Source: Synechococcus sp.
GTDB taxonomy: Bacteria > Cyanobacteriota > Cyanobacteriia > Thermostichales > PCC-7336
Length of the DNA stretch: 32,000 nucleotides
Direction of reading: 5' to 3'
Assembly: GCA_051439605.1 (NCBI GenBank)
Contig: JBFRWN010000044.1
Span: 109,853-141,852 of the forward strand
In this document: positions 18,957 to 27,982 of the stretch, one piece after another
Position numbering within the stretch: the stretch's first letter is position 1
How the letters are laid out: each line of letters begins with the position of its first letter
The notes under the pieces: generated by a model
Database searches by the model: none
Told to the model about the DNA's origin: nothing
The model's input: the letters and a program-made list of their open reading frames with translations, nothing else
Translations under genes and position numbers: made by a program

Positions 18957-21272
18957 GTGAAAGCGAGCAGACGTGATTTTTTAGTCAGAAGCCTCTTGGG
19001 GACAGCCGGGATCGCCGTTGCCCCCCAGATCGAAGCAGCAGCCCAACGCATATTGGGCCAATCTCAAACCTGGGGATCGGCTATGGCCGCCACCGCGGGT
19101 CGCAAATTTGCATTGTTGGTCGGGGTCGATCGCTACAGCAACGGCCTCGACCCCCTACAGGGATGTGCCACGGATGTCACTTTGCAGCAGGAGGTACTGG
19201 AACATCGGTTTGGGTTTTCCAACATTGCCACCCTGATCGACGAAGCTGCCACACGCGCAGCGATCGAACAAACATTCATTGACCATCTCATCGAGCAGGT
19301 GGGACCCAACGATTCCGTTGTTGTTCACTTTAGTGGCTACGGACGGACTCTTCCCGATGGCAGTCCGCTATTGATGTCAGCCGATGCTCAGGCTAATCCT
19401 GCTGGTGGGGAAATTACCGATCTGCCTCTAGAAACTCTCTACCAGCTGGTTCAAGCCCTCAACACCAGATTAGTCACCGTTGTTTTAGATTGCGGCTTCG
19501 CTACAGAAACCACCGCAGAATTAGGCAATTGGCGGGTGCGATCGCCGCTACCTCTTGCGAGCTTAGAAGTGGCTGATGGAGATGACTCTGATAGTTATCG
19601 CCATCCAGATTACCGATATGCAAAAGCGGTACTAGAGCGGCAAACTAGCATCCACGAGAAATACCGCACTAGCCCCCCCCCTGGAAGCTTTAGCTACGGC
19701 CTCATCAGTCGAGCGCAGGGCAACTGGATAATGGCAGCGGCCCCTGGCCAAGCTGCGGCAGAGGGCTTTTGGAATGGATTTAGTGCCGGCTTGCTGACCT
19801 ACCTCTTGACCCAGTCCCTGTGGGAAATGGGGGGCGTCGATGATTGGCAACAGCTCTATCAACTGACCAGCGCAAAAGCCCAGCAAGCGGCGGTTCCTGA
19901 CGAGCGGCCCATTTTGCAAGGGAAAGGCAATAGCCCCAATCGCCCTTATTCCCCGGATCCGATCGCGATCGGTCCAGCAGGGGCTTCGGGGGTTATCCAT
20001 GCGGTGCAAGATGACCGCACTGACATCTGGTTGGGAGGAATCTCCCCAACTGTCCTGCCTTTTTTGAAGCCAGGGACCCGGTTTAAGGATTGGAACGACG
20101 GTAAAGAGTGGGTGCTGAAATCCCGGGAACGGCTTACCGCTCGTGTAGAGCCAGCCGAGGATCTTTCCCCGCCCACCCCCCTGTCCTCAGAGGACGCTGC
20201 CACCCAGCAGCCCGCCAGTCAGCTGCCTGCTATCCCAGCAGCCGCCTCCACTGGTGGGGCAGCTTCTCAGAGAACGGCATCCCCCCTAGGAGCTCTGGTA
20301 ACGGAAGTCCAACGGGTTATTCCATTGGCGCGGTTAGCCATTGCCCTCGATAACAGTTTGCAGCGGATTGAAAAAGTTGATGTCAGCAGCGTCCTGTCCA
20401 ACGCGAATCTGGCCGGAGAACTGCATGCGCTCGAAACCGCTCAATTGCAGGAGCGTGCGGTGGACTGTTTGTTTGGCCGCATGACACCCGATTTACAGGC
20501 ACAACTGACTCTGGAGAACCCTCCAGAAGTCGGCAGCTACGGCCTGATGTGGTCCGGTCGCGTTCCTCTCTACGATTCCTTCGGCAATGCTGGCGAAGCC
20601 CCCAAAAGCGCTATCAAACGGCTCATTCCCCGGCTGCAGCATCTACTAGCGGTTAAACGCCTGCGCGCAACTCTGAACGACAATGTTTCCCAGCTCTCGG
20701 TGGTGCTAGAGATTGGCAGTGGTGAAACTACCTGGCAAGCGGGAACCGCTCCTGCCGCCACCCAAACCCCCCTTGTCCGCAAGCTGAAACGAGGTCGAGT
20801 GGGCATTCCGCAACTCAAGGTGGGAGCACCATTGGTTTACACCCTTGAAAACCGAGGAAACACCCCCATTTATGTGGTTTTAGCTGTCCTCGATCGCCTC
20901 GGACGATTGTGCGTGTTAGCGAACCAAGGGGGAGATAACGCAGGAGCTTCCATAACGATTGCCTCCCACAGCAAGGTGGATCTGGGGCAAGCCTTGGGGA
21001 TCGGTTTCGCAGTGCGCGCGCCACAAGGACTGACCGAGGTGTTTGCGATCGCTAGCAGTAACCCGATGCCTGCATCGGAAGATGCCCTCCAAACTGTCGC
21101 GCAAGCGATGGGGATCCGCAGCGGATTTGTTATGCTCCCCCAGCCCATAGACTTTGCCCAAACCGTATTGGCGGATCTGACGTCCCCTGGAACAGCCGAA
21201 GGGACCCGGCTACTCGATCACGCCCAAAGTGCCACGATTGGACTAGCCTACACCGTAGTCCAATCTGTCTGA
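18957..21272 (+). CDS. TAT-signal caspase-like (peptidase C14 p20) protein with DUF4384-like C-terminal region; probably catalytically dead
   Basis: 771-aa ORF, GTG start. Twin-arginine leader MKASRRDFLVRSLLGTAGIAVAPQ; KFALLVGVDRYSNGLDPLQGCATDV; VVVHFSGYGRTLPDG (Y where the catalytic H is expected); VTVVLDCGFATE instead of VLDxCHSG. The C-terminal YTLENRGNTPIYVVLAVLDRLGRLCVLAN resembles DUF4384. Confidence 0.85.
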   Translation: MKASRRDFLVRSLLGTAGIAVAPQIEAAAQRILGQSQTWGSAMAATAGRKFALLVGVDRYSNGLDPLQGCATDVTLQQEVLEHRFGFSNIATLIDEAATRAAIEQTFIDHLIEQVGPNDSVVVHFSGYGRTLPDGSPLLMSADAQANPAGGEITDLPLETLYQLVQALNTRLVTVVLDCGFATETTAELGNWRVRSPLPLASLEVADGDDSDSYRHPDYRYAKAVLERQTSIHEKYRTSPPPGSFSYGLISRAQGNWIMAAAPGQAAAEGFWNGFSAGLLTYLLTQSLWEMGGVDDWQQLYQLTSAKAQQAAVPDERPILQGKGNSPNRPYSPDPIAIGPAGASGVIHAVQDDRTDIWLGGISPTVLPFLKPGTRFKDWNDGKEWVLKSRERLTARVEPAEDLSPPTPLSSEDAATQQPASQLPAIPAAASTGGAASQRTASPLGALVTEVQRVIPLARLAIALDNSLQRIEKVDVSSVLSNANLAGELHALETAQLQERAVDCLFGRMTPDLQAQLTLENPPEVGSYGLMWSGRVPLYDSFGNAGEAPKSAIKRLIPRLQHLLAVKRLRATLNDNVSQLSVVLEIGSGETTWQAGTAPAATQTPLVRKLKRGRVGIPQLKVGAPLVYTLENRGNTPIYVVLAVLDRLGRLCVLANQGGDNAGASITIASHSKVDLGQALGIGFAVRAPQGLTEVFAIASSNPMPASEDALQTVAQAMGIRSGFVMLPQPIDFAQTVLADLTSPGTAEGTRLLDHAQSATIGLAYTVVQSV

Positions 21273-21423
21273 CCTAACGGGGTTCGTCATCGCCCATAAT
21301 AAGGAAATACACTAAGTGTAAGATTCGATCGCACTTGCACGGGAAGAAGTCTCCTGCTGTCGCTTCTCCCCTCGAGCTGGATAACCCCCTTCGCTTGCAA
21401 GTCACTCTGGAGGTTTTTAACTA

Positions 21424-22041
21424 GTGTTCTCAGACATACCGACGATGGATCAACGGGAAGTGATGCGCCTCAAGGAGCTTCTCCCCGCCAGCAGTCGGGA
21501 GGACATTGAGGTGCTAGGCGCCTCCATCAGCCAAACCGAAGTCATTCGCGGTCGGCGTCTGTTCCCTTGGCAAAAACAGCTCAAAATTACCATCAAACCC
21601 CGCGATTGGGAACAGTTCAGCCCCAACCAACGCTCGACCATTTTTCTACACACCGTTGGGTATTTCAGTCCCTCTCTGACTCGCAGCTTAGATTTCTACG
21701 CCGCGCTGGCTGGTCTGGGGGGAGTCAGCCTCATGGTTGAAGGGGTGCAAAAGGACCCAGTAGGAATTGCGGTATCCGGTAGCTTGGGGGGATTGGCAAT
21801 ATGGCAGTTAATCAAAGATCGCAATAGCGATCGCCGCCTCCTAGCCGCCGATGCCTATGCCGTCGATCGCCTAGTTCTGCGCGGGCTAGACCGCATTCAA
21901 GCAGTGGAAGCATTGGGACAAGCCCTACATCTCGAAGCCCGCCTTGTGGGGCGATGGGGAAACGATGTGGTGGATGTTTTGCGCTACAAAAATCTCAAAC
22001 GACTGGCTCAGCGCCCAGCAGAAGATATTACCTTAAGTTAG
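21424..22041 (+). CDS. Cyanobacterial DUF3318-like protein
   Basis: 205-aa ORF: MDQREVMRLKELLPASSREDIEVLGAS... with central hydrophobic stretches. Family assignment is from memory. Confidence 0.6.
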   Translation: MFSDIPTMDQREVMRLKELLPASSREDIEVLGASISQTEVIRGRRLFPWQKQLKITIKPRDWEQFSPNQRSTIFLHTVGYFSPSLTRSLDFYAALAGLGGVSLMVEGVQKDPVGIAVSGSLGGLAIWQLIKDRNSDRRLLAADAYAVDRLVLRGLDRIQAVEALGQALHLEARLVGRWGNDVVDVLRYKNLKRLAQRPAEDITLS

Positions 22042-22133
22042 TTGAACTCTTAAGGTCAGAGCTGCATCAGCAAATTTAAGGTCACAGATCGTAGGTAGCA
22101 GGATATGGTTATGTAGCTGAATGGTGCAGGCAA

Positions 22134-22829
22134 GTGGAACAGCTACCGCTGGGGGACAGACTGAGGGATGTCGATCCTTTGGAGTATCCCGAATGCCGGG
22201 AGTACGACGGTGAGTTTGTCACGCTGCGTCCCCTGCATGCCGAACAGGACACCGATGCTCTGTTCGCAGTGTCCCACGGCGATAAAGAAATCGAAAAATT
22301 GTGGACCTATATGCCCGTTGGCCCATTCGCCGATCGCGACGCCATGCAGGCTTGGCTGCAGCAACTGGAGTCAGATGACGAGATTATCCCCTTTGCGGTC
22401 TATTCCAAGGCATTGCAAAAGTTGGTGGGCACCATTGCCTATCGGGCAATCGCCCCAGACATGCAGCGGCTAGAAATCGCGTACATTTGGTATACCCCGG
22501 AAGCGCAACGCACCCAAGTCAATACAGAAGCCGTGTATCTGTTGTTGAAAGAAGCCTTTGGAGAAAAGCGCTATCGGCGGGTGGAATGGAAGTGCGATGC
22601 CCTCAATCTCAAATCACGCAATGCAGCGCTGCGTCTTGGATTTAGCTACGAAGGAACCTTCAAACAACATATGGTCGTCAAAGGGCGGAATCGGGACACC
22701 GCTTGGTTTGGCATGCTCGATGACGATTGGCTCAAGCTGCAAGACCACATGGAAAAGTGGTTGTACAGCGGTGAAGAATGCTCGTTATTTGCCCTCAATC
22801 AACCGCAACTGCGGCGTGCTGTTTTCTGA
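22134..22829 (+). CDS. GNAT family N-acetyltransferase (RimJ/RimL type)
   Basis: 231-aa ORF: FVTLRPLHAEQDTDALFAVSHG, GTIAYRAIAPDMQRLEIAYIWYTPEAQRTQVNTEAVYLLLKEAFGEKRYRRVEWKCDALNLKSRNAALRLGFSYEGTFKQH. Confidence 0.9.
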   Translation: MEQLPLGDRLRDVDPLEYPECREYDGEFVTLRPLHAEQDTDALFAVSHGDKEIEKLWTYMPVGPFADRDAMQAWLQQLESDDEIIPFAVYSKALQKLVGTIAYRAIAPDMQRLEIAYIWYTPEAQRTQVNTEAVYLLLKEAFGEKRYRRVEWKCDALNLKSRNAALRLGFSYEGTFKQHMVVKGRNRDTAWFGMLDDDWLKLQDHMEKWLYSGEECSLFALNQPQLRRAVF

Positions 22830-22923
22830 AGGTAAAAGCATTCTTGCAAACAGGTCAGACTGACGCCTTCCAGATCATTATTCCACATAATTTATTACGA
22901 TATAGCCTTTGCATCGGCATAGC

Positions 22924-23340
22924 ATGATGGCGGTATTAGGTGATAGTCGTTGCACCGTTGCTCTGTCTGTCGGAGCAGGTCGCTGAATGGGGTTGGGGTT
23001 CGTCAAACACTTGCTCAATTACGAGCAATTTGCCACCATTTATGCCACCTATCGCTCCGTCGATCGCATCTCAGAAGCCGCACTGAATATGCCGATCGAA
23101 ACCGCCTCGATTGAATACCACCGTAAGAGCCCCCAGACCATCCTGCTTGCCTTGCATCCCGGTACCACTAACACCGATTTATCTAAATCGTTTCAAGCGA
23201 GTGTCCCCCCCGAAAAACTGTTTTCGGTCGATCACATCGTCGCGCAATTGTTGGACGTAATTGCCCAAGTGGGACCGGACAACAGCGGCGAGTTTTTCAA
23301 CTGGGATGCCCCCTCCCCTGGTAAGTGCCTGCTTGGGTGA
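22924..23340 (+). pseudogene. Short-chain dehydrogenase/reductase (CsgA-like) pseudogene
   Basis: MMAVLGDSRCTVALSVGAGR*MGLGFVKHLLNYEQFATIYATYR reads through an in-frame TGA (22984-22986) inside the Gly-rich NAD motif. It then jumps to AALNMPIETASIEYHRKSPQTILLALHPGTTNTDLSKSFQASVPPEKLFSVDHIVAQLLDVI, the SDR C-terminus. The central 'YRASK' catalytic region is missing. Confidence 0.75.
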
Positions 23341-23395
23341 CTGATGTGGCGTCGCAGTAGTAGCGATGCTGTTGCGTGCTCTGAAATAGCTTGAC

Positions 23396-23761
23396 TTAGA
23401 GTGTTCCCCCAAACTCGCGAAACACCGACACAAACGCTATCAGCATCACAACGAGGGGAAACACCACTCCAAGAAAGCCTATAACCCCTAGAAAACGAGC
23501 CCACCAAAATCGGATGGTTCTCTTGCTAGAATCCGGAATGTTGCGCGCTACGAGCACAACTTTAGCGGAATAGGCCAAAATCAGCGCACCGATGGGACCC
23601 AATACCAAACTGGGCAAAAACCAAACCTGGACGAATTCAAAAGGGTAAACCTTTACTAGCGGCATTGCAGCAAAGCATAAGCCTTCCAAGATCAACCACG
23701 TGAACAGGCTGTGCTTAAAATCTCGATAAATGACAGTTTTGTGGGCAGTCATCGGAATCAT
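23396..23761 (-). CDS. Small membrane protein of unknown function
   Basis: 121-aa ORF with three hydrophobic segments (LFTWLILEGLCFAAMPLV; WFLPSLVLGPIGALILAYSAKVVLV; FLGVIGFLGVVFPLVVMLIAFVSVF). Confidence 0.55.
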   Translation of the reverse strand: MIPMTAHKTVIYRDFKHSLFTWLILEGLCFAAMPLVKVYPFEFVQVWFLPSLVLGPIGALILAYSAKVVLVARNIPDSSKRTIRFWWARFLGVIGFLGVVFPLVVMLIAFVSVFREFGGTL

Positions 23762-24024
23762 TGGGCTTAAGCACTATCCAATTTATTCCTAAATATCCAT
23801 TGAGGAAACTTGGGGAACAAAAAAACAAATAAAGTTTGGTAAATTTTAACGAATTCGAGATCGCAGAATGGAGCAATTGTGTCCTTGGAGCGATAGCGGA
23901 AAACCCCCTGTAGTAGTGAGATCGGCAACAAACTCAGACTGGAGTGAGAGTTGCTATCCGAATTGAAGCTTCCACAGTTATGCCATCGATTGTTAAGCGG
24001 AGTAGAGCTGAGCAGACTCAGAAC

Positions 24025-24780
24025 TTATGCTGTTTGTCTGGCAGGCGGGGACTCTTCTGCTGGGAATACCGCACTCACGGCTAAATCCATGTAGAACTCC
24101 TCTTGATGCAGGCGCACCTGAGATCGCGACGCCATCATCAACAAAGCCCAAAACACCGTCGCCAGACTGGCTTTCCCCGGATACAGCTCCTCCTGTAGCG
24201 CAACCAAAGCCTCGAAGGTGAGGGAAGCGGCAGTTTGCCAAGCATTCGCCAAAATAGGCTCGAGTAAAGATACCGTCTCGGCCAAATTTTCCGGGTGCGA
24301 CAGCTGAGAAATGCTTGTAATTCTCTCCCCTTTTACTGCTTTGTTACGCACCTTGCGGGGTTTGCCTGCTCGTTCCTGCACCGCCTGCTCTAGCACTTGG
24401 AACTGCGCAATAATTTCTTTGAGAGTAACGGGGCGGGTTCGCTGAATGCGTGCGACCGGACGGGGACGCAACGTTTGCTCTAGCGGGATGCTGGGCAGCG
24501 GCTCAATTTCTCCCTCAAAAGGAGCCTCATCAAAATCTTCCTCTTCTTCCTCAAGTTCTGCTTCCGCTAGGGCCAATGCCTTGAGATAAACCAGCATTGA
24601 GGCATATAAAAACGCTTGACCGGATTCAGATAAATCGCGGGTGTTGGCAGTAGGGGCTAATTTCATCAAAAACCGATCGATCACGTCGATGACTTGCACG
24701 TCCCACGGATCGATTTCTCCCCGTTCGGCTAACTCAATCAGAAGGGCGATCGCCTCTTCTGCCAGCGAAACTGCCAACAC
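24025..24780 (-). CDS. scpA: Segregation and condensation protein A
   Basis: 251-aa ORF: AIALLIELAERGEIDPWDVQVIDVIDRFL...DLSESGQAFLYASMLVYLKALALAE; C-terminal LVALQEELYPGKASLATVFWALLMMASRSQVRLHQEEFYMDL. The start may be slightly upstream. Confidence 0.88.
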   Translation of the reverse strand: MLAVSLAEEAIALLIELAERGEIDPWDVQVIDVIDRFLMKLAPTANTRDLSESGQAFLYASMLVYLKALALAEAELEEEEEDFDEAPFEGEIEPLPSIPLEQTLRPRPVARIQRTRPVTLKEIIAQFQVLEQAVQERAGKPRKVRNKAVKGERITSISQLSHPENLAETVSLLEPILANAWQTAASLTFEALVALQEELYPGKASLATVFWALLMMASRSQVRLHQEEFYMDLAVSAVFPAEESPPARQTA

Positions 24781-24973
24781 TACTATCCCTAACTGCCATC
24801 ACAATACTCGACACAGCTCGATAGGGCAGAGTTAAATCGCAGTTTCAATAAAAATTTGCGTAAGCTTGTCAAGCAAGATACTCCCGACAGAATGGAGGAT
24901 ATCGGGCAAGGAAAAAAATCGGGATGCGATCGCGGAATAAATCTTCCTGCAAATCTAGATTGCTCTGGTAGGC

Positions 24974-25213
24974 TTAATTGGCCTTCATATGTTCGCGGTA
25001 GTGAGCATCTAACCAACACTTCGGCAATGCCTCGCCAGAGGGAAATTCTAGATGAGCTTTAGTGAAATATTCTGCATCCTGCATTTCTTGGCCAGCATGG
25101 AAACGACCCATCACTTTGGCCTGATTCGGATCGAATAAAGTATCCATAGAGAGAATTTCGACAAGAGCCCCGTTGGAATGGTGTTGAAGAAACATACAAC
25201 CTCCCAGGTTCAA
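24974..25213 (-). CDS. Small conserved-looking hypothetical protein
   Basis: 79-aa ORF (or 73 aa from internal MFLQHHSNG) between scpA and the chlD relic, with ordinary amino-acid composition. Confidence 0.45.
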   Translation of the reverse strand: MNLGGCMFLQHHSNGALVEILSMDTLFDPNQAKVMGRFHAGQEMQDAEYFTKAHLEFPSGEALPKCWLDAHYREHMKAN

Positions 25214-25360
25214 TCACTCTTCCAAACACAGATATAGCATTTGTGGCAGGAGCCCGAGAAGGAGAAGTAACTATATTTGCCTTGATATTTGTAACGATCG
25301 GAAATCAACTGCTTTGGGGCCTCGATTCTGAGGAAGCGAATCTGGTATTCCAGTCGCTCG

Positions 25361-26352
25361 TTACAAGCTGATTAACGATGAAACTGCCTCCTGTGCCATT
25401 GCAGCAATCGTTTCATCAGTTGCTCTGGGTAAGCAGTAGTAATTTCCATTTGCCTGCAAAGCCAGCTCCCGTGCAAATCCTGCCGAGACAAACTTGCGAT
25501 CGGTGTCAATGAGCAATAGTTGCATGCCCAGGGCGCGAATTCTGGCCGCAATCTCCAGCAGTTCCTGTTTGATATCGGGCTGTTCTGCATTCGATTCGGA
25601 AACATGGGCTTGACGTAACGACCTCGATCCTGCGAAAAAATTAGGTTTCCCCCGCCAGCTTTGCCTCGGCGACGGCGAGTCAGCCGGGCAAAGTTTAGCA
25701 GAGTCGGATCGATCTCCATCGGTTTGGGGGGGATCTCAAACTCCTCTGGCAACGTTTCACCATCCTTCGCCAGTTCCACCCCCACCTGCAAATCCTCAGC
25801 ATTGACGATCGTTCGCCCCGATAGGGCCGCACGGGCCTTGGCAACCCATACTGCGCACAATTCCCCCCGGTGGCCCTCCACTTGGGCTCGCTCGGCTTCA
25901 GAGACTAAATAAGCGATCTGGTGCCTGGCGATGGCGACACCAGGCAGTAACTGCCGGGCAAGGGCAACTTGCAATTGCAGATTCTCAACGTCAGCCGCGT
26001 ATCGTTCCAGAAAAGCTTGAGGGTTGTCTTTGTCAGCGATCGCCCGATTTATCCCCTCAATCCGTTGCTCTACTGTTAGTGGGCGATCTCTGCCGACAAA
26101 CCCATGGCAAATAGGTCGAACAAGCGAGAGCGCAACTGTTTTTCTTCAGGATTGTAGGTGGCGATAAAGAGGGGCTTGCAAGGATGTTCGAAGCTATTGC
26201 CTTCCCGCTCGATGCGATTTCGCCCCTCCGTCAAGATGGTTAGCAGCAGATTGGCAATGCTGTCCTCCAGCACATCCAGTTCGTCGACGTAAACTACGCC
26301 GCGATGGGCTGCGGCTAAAAGCCCCGGTTGGAAAACGGTTTCATCCTGCTGT
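25361..26352 (-). pseudogene. chlD: Magnesium chelatase subunit D relic
   Basis: Minus strand: (DE)[66 protein letters not shown]... then a frameshift near 26060-26090 into [51 protein letters not shown]...[16 protein letters not shown]. After that comes an internal deletion/frameshift near 25590-25605 to [74 protein letters not shown]. Confidence 0.9.
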
Positions 26353-26629
26353 CATGTTCCTAGCATAAGAAGGAGACCGTGATACCCACTGGTGTAAGCC
26401 ATGATTCGCAGACTTACAACTTGGACATTTCGGATTGAACGTGACGGCACGACGTAGCTCGCGAATTCCTAACCTTCACAATTGGAGGGCTACCCATGTC
26501 CAGATAAAGTTCATTTACGATGTCGTCAGATTGTCTGACTCACAAATCAAAGCAACTTTACTTATGAAGTGGCTATTCCAGATGGCTTAACACAAACCTG
26601 TTACTGTCCTGTCTCAAAGCGAGGGCAAT

Positions 26630-27862
26630 ATGCTGAATCATCCAAAACACCAAGCTTGTCTTTGTGGGAGCAATGCAGAAGTCGTTAAAGCACTGACAGA
26701 AACAGAGAAAATAGTAATAGGAAGGGCTCTAGACTGCCAGATTATTTTCGACGCTCCCCAGGAGGATGTCAGCGTCTCCAGACACCATGCAGAAGTGCGC
26801 CCTCTGGCCGAGTCAGAGGATTGGGAAATTTGCGACCTCAACAGTGCTAACGGAACCTTCGTTAACGGACAACAATTGCATGGATGTTTAAGATTGACTC
26901 CGGGCGATCGCCTAACTTTTGGCCAGAGTCCACGGGAATTAGTTTTTGAAGTCCAAACGCTCCCGGCTATAGAGACGGGAACGGAAGTTTCTTCTCCGGG
27001 ACAGAAAGGTCCTTTGTCGAGGCCAACAAATCATCACCGTAGTATTCTCTCTCCTGGAAGCTGGTTTCCACCGTTACGATCCCCCATTCAAAGCTCTGAC
27101 TCAAAACCACGCTCAAGCTGGCAAGAGCTGTGGGAAAAAGGCAGATTCTCGTCGGTATTTATCTACTTAATACTATGTTTGATCGCAGTTTCGGTATCAG
27201 ATCGAGGCATTTCTAACGCACTTTTTACTGGATGCCTGCTAAGCATAGCCATTGCAACCATTTCTAGATTATGTGGCAAGTATAAGCCTTGGTGGCTGAT
27301 CTTAGGATTAGCCTCAATCACTGCGGGTTTAACAGTTGTGGGACATGACTTGTTACCCGATATCCTAGCTGTAAAAAACGGTATATCTATTGTAAGGCAG
27401 TTGATTAAGGCTCCTACAAAAGAGATAATCAAAGCACTACCTGTGCTAAGCATCTATTCTATGGGCAGAATGCTGCCTCGCGCTTTACAGAAGAGAATCA
27501 GAATTGTCGATCCTCTGGATGGAGTCTTATTAACAATTGCTTCAGCAATTGGGCTCGTAGTTGTTGAAAGTTATCATAAAGATCTTGCTCTCATTATTGC
27601 TGGAATTTTGCCCAATACTGCCGGGGATTTAGCTTATAGTGGAGTTTTTGGCTACTACATTGGCCTGAGCGCAATGAAGAGTCCTCGTCACCGTTGGAAA
27701 ATAATCGGATTTGGTTTTTTGCTGACGTCAGTGCTTCATTTTGTTCTAAATCTCAGATTTTTTCCAGTCGAGATTAGGATTTTGCTATCAATTTTAGAAT
27801 ATAGTCTGTTGATAACCTGTATTCTTAAAGGAATAGATGAAGCAGAAAAAATGAGAGCATAG
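26630..27862 (+). CDS. FHA domain fused to PrsW-like integral membrane domain
   Basis: 410-aa ORF. FHA: IVIGRALDCQIIFDAPQEDVSVSRHHAEVRPL...WEICDLNSANGTFVNGQQL..GDRLTFG. Membrane half: APTKEIIKALPVL...VDPLDGVLLTIASAIGLVVVES...GFGFLLTSVLHFVLN, which follows the PrsW motif order. Confidence 0.75.
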   Translation: MLNHPKHQACLCGSNAEVVKALTETEKIVIGRALDCQIIFDAPQEDVSVSRHHAEVRPLAESEDWEICDLNSANGTFVNGQQLHGCLRLTPGDRLTFGQSPRELVFEVQTLPAIETGTEVSSPGQKGPLSRPTNHHRSILSPGSWFPPLRSPIQSSDSKPRSSWQELWEKGRFSSVFIYLILCLIAVSVSDRGISNALFTGCLLSIAIATISRLCGKYKPWWLILGLASITAGLTVVGHDLLPDILAVKNGISIVRQLIKAPTKEIIKALPVLSIYSMGRMLPRALQKRIRIVDPLDGVLLTIASAIGLVVVESYHKDLALIIAGILPNTAGDLAYSGVFGYYIGLSAMKSPRHRWKIIGFGFLLTSVLHFVLNLRFFPVEIRILLSILEYSLLITCILKGIDEAEKMRA

Positions 27863-27982
27863 ATCTGGCTTAAAATTCACGATTGCAGAATCAGGCAAGC
27901 ATGCTTTAGATACATTAGCTCGCTTGTAATCAGTTTAGGCTTGATGTTCTCACGCTACTAAGCAGCACTCATTTTGAGAATA

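Noticed and set aside
25661-25912. 83-aa plus-strand ORF over the chlD relic
   Set aside because: Antisense to clear ChlD homology; no independent support.
25372-25974. 200-aa ORF read as an intact protein
   Set aside because: Its N-terminal part is ChlD. The last ~60 residues are an out-of-frame reading of the ChlD C-terminus, so it is part of a pseudogene.
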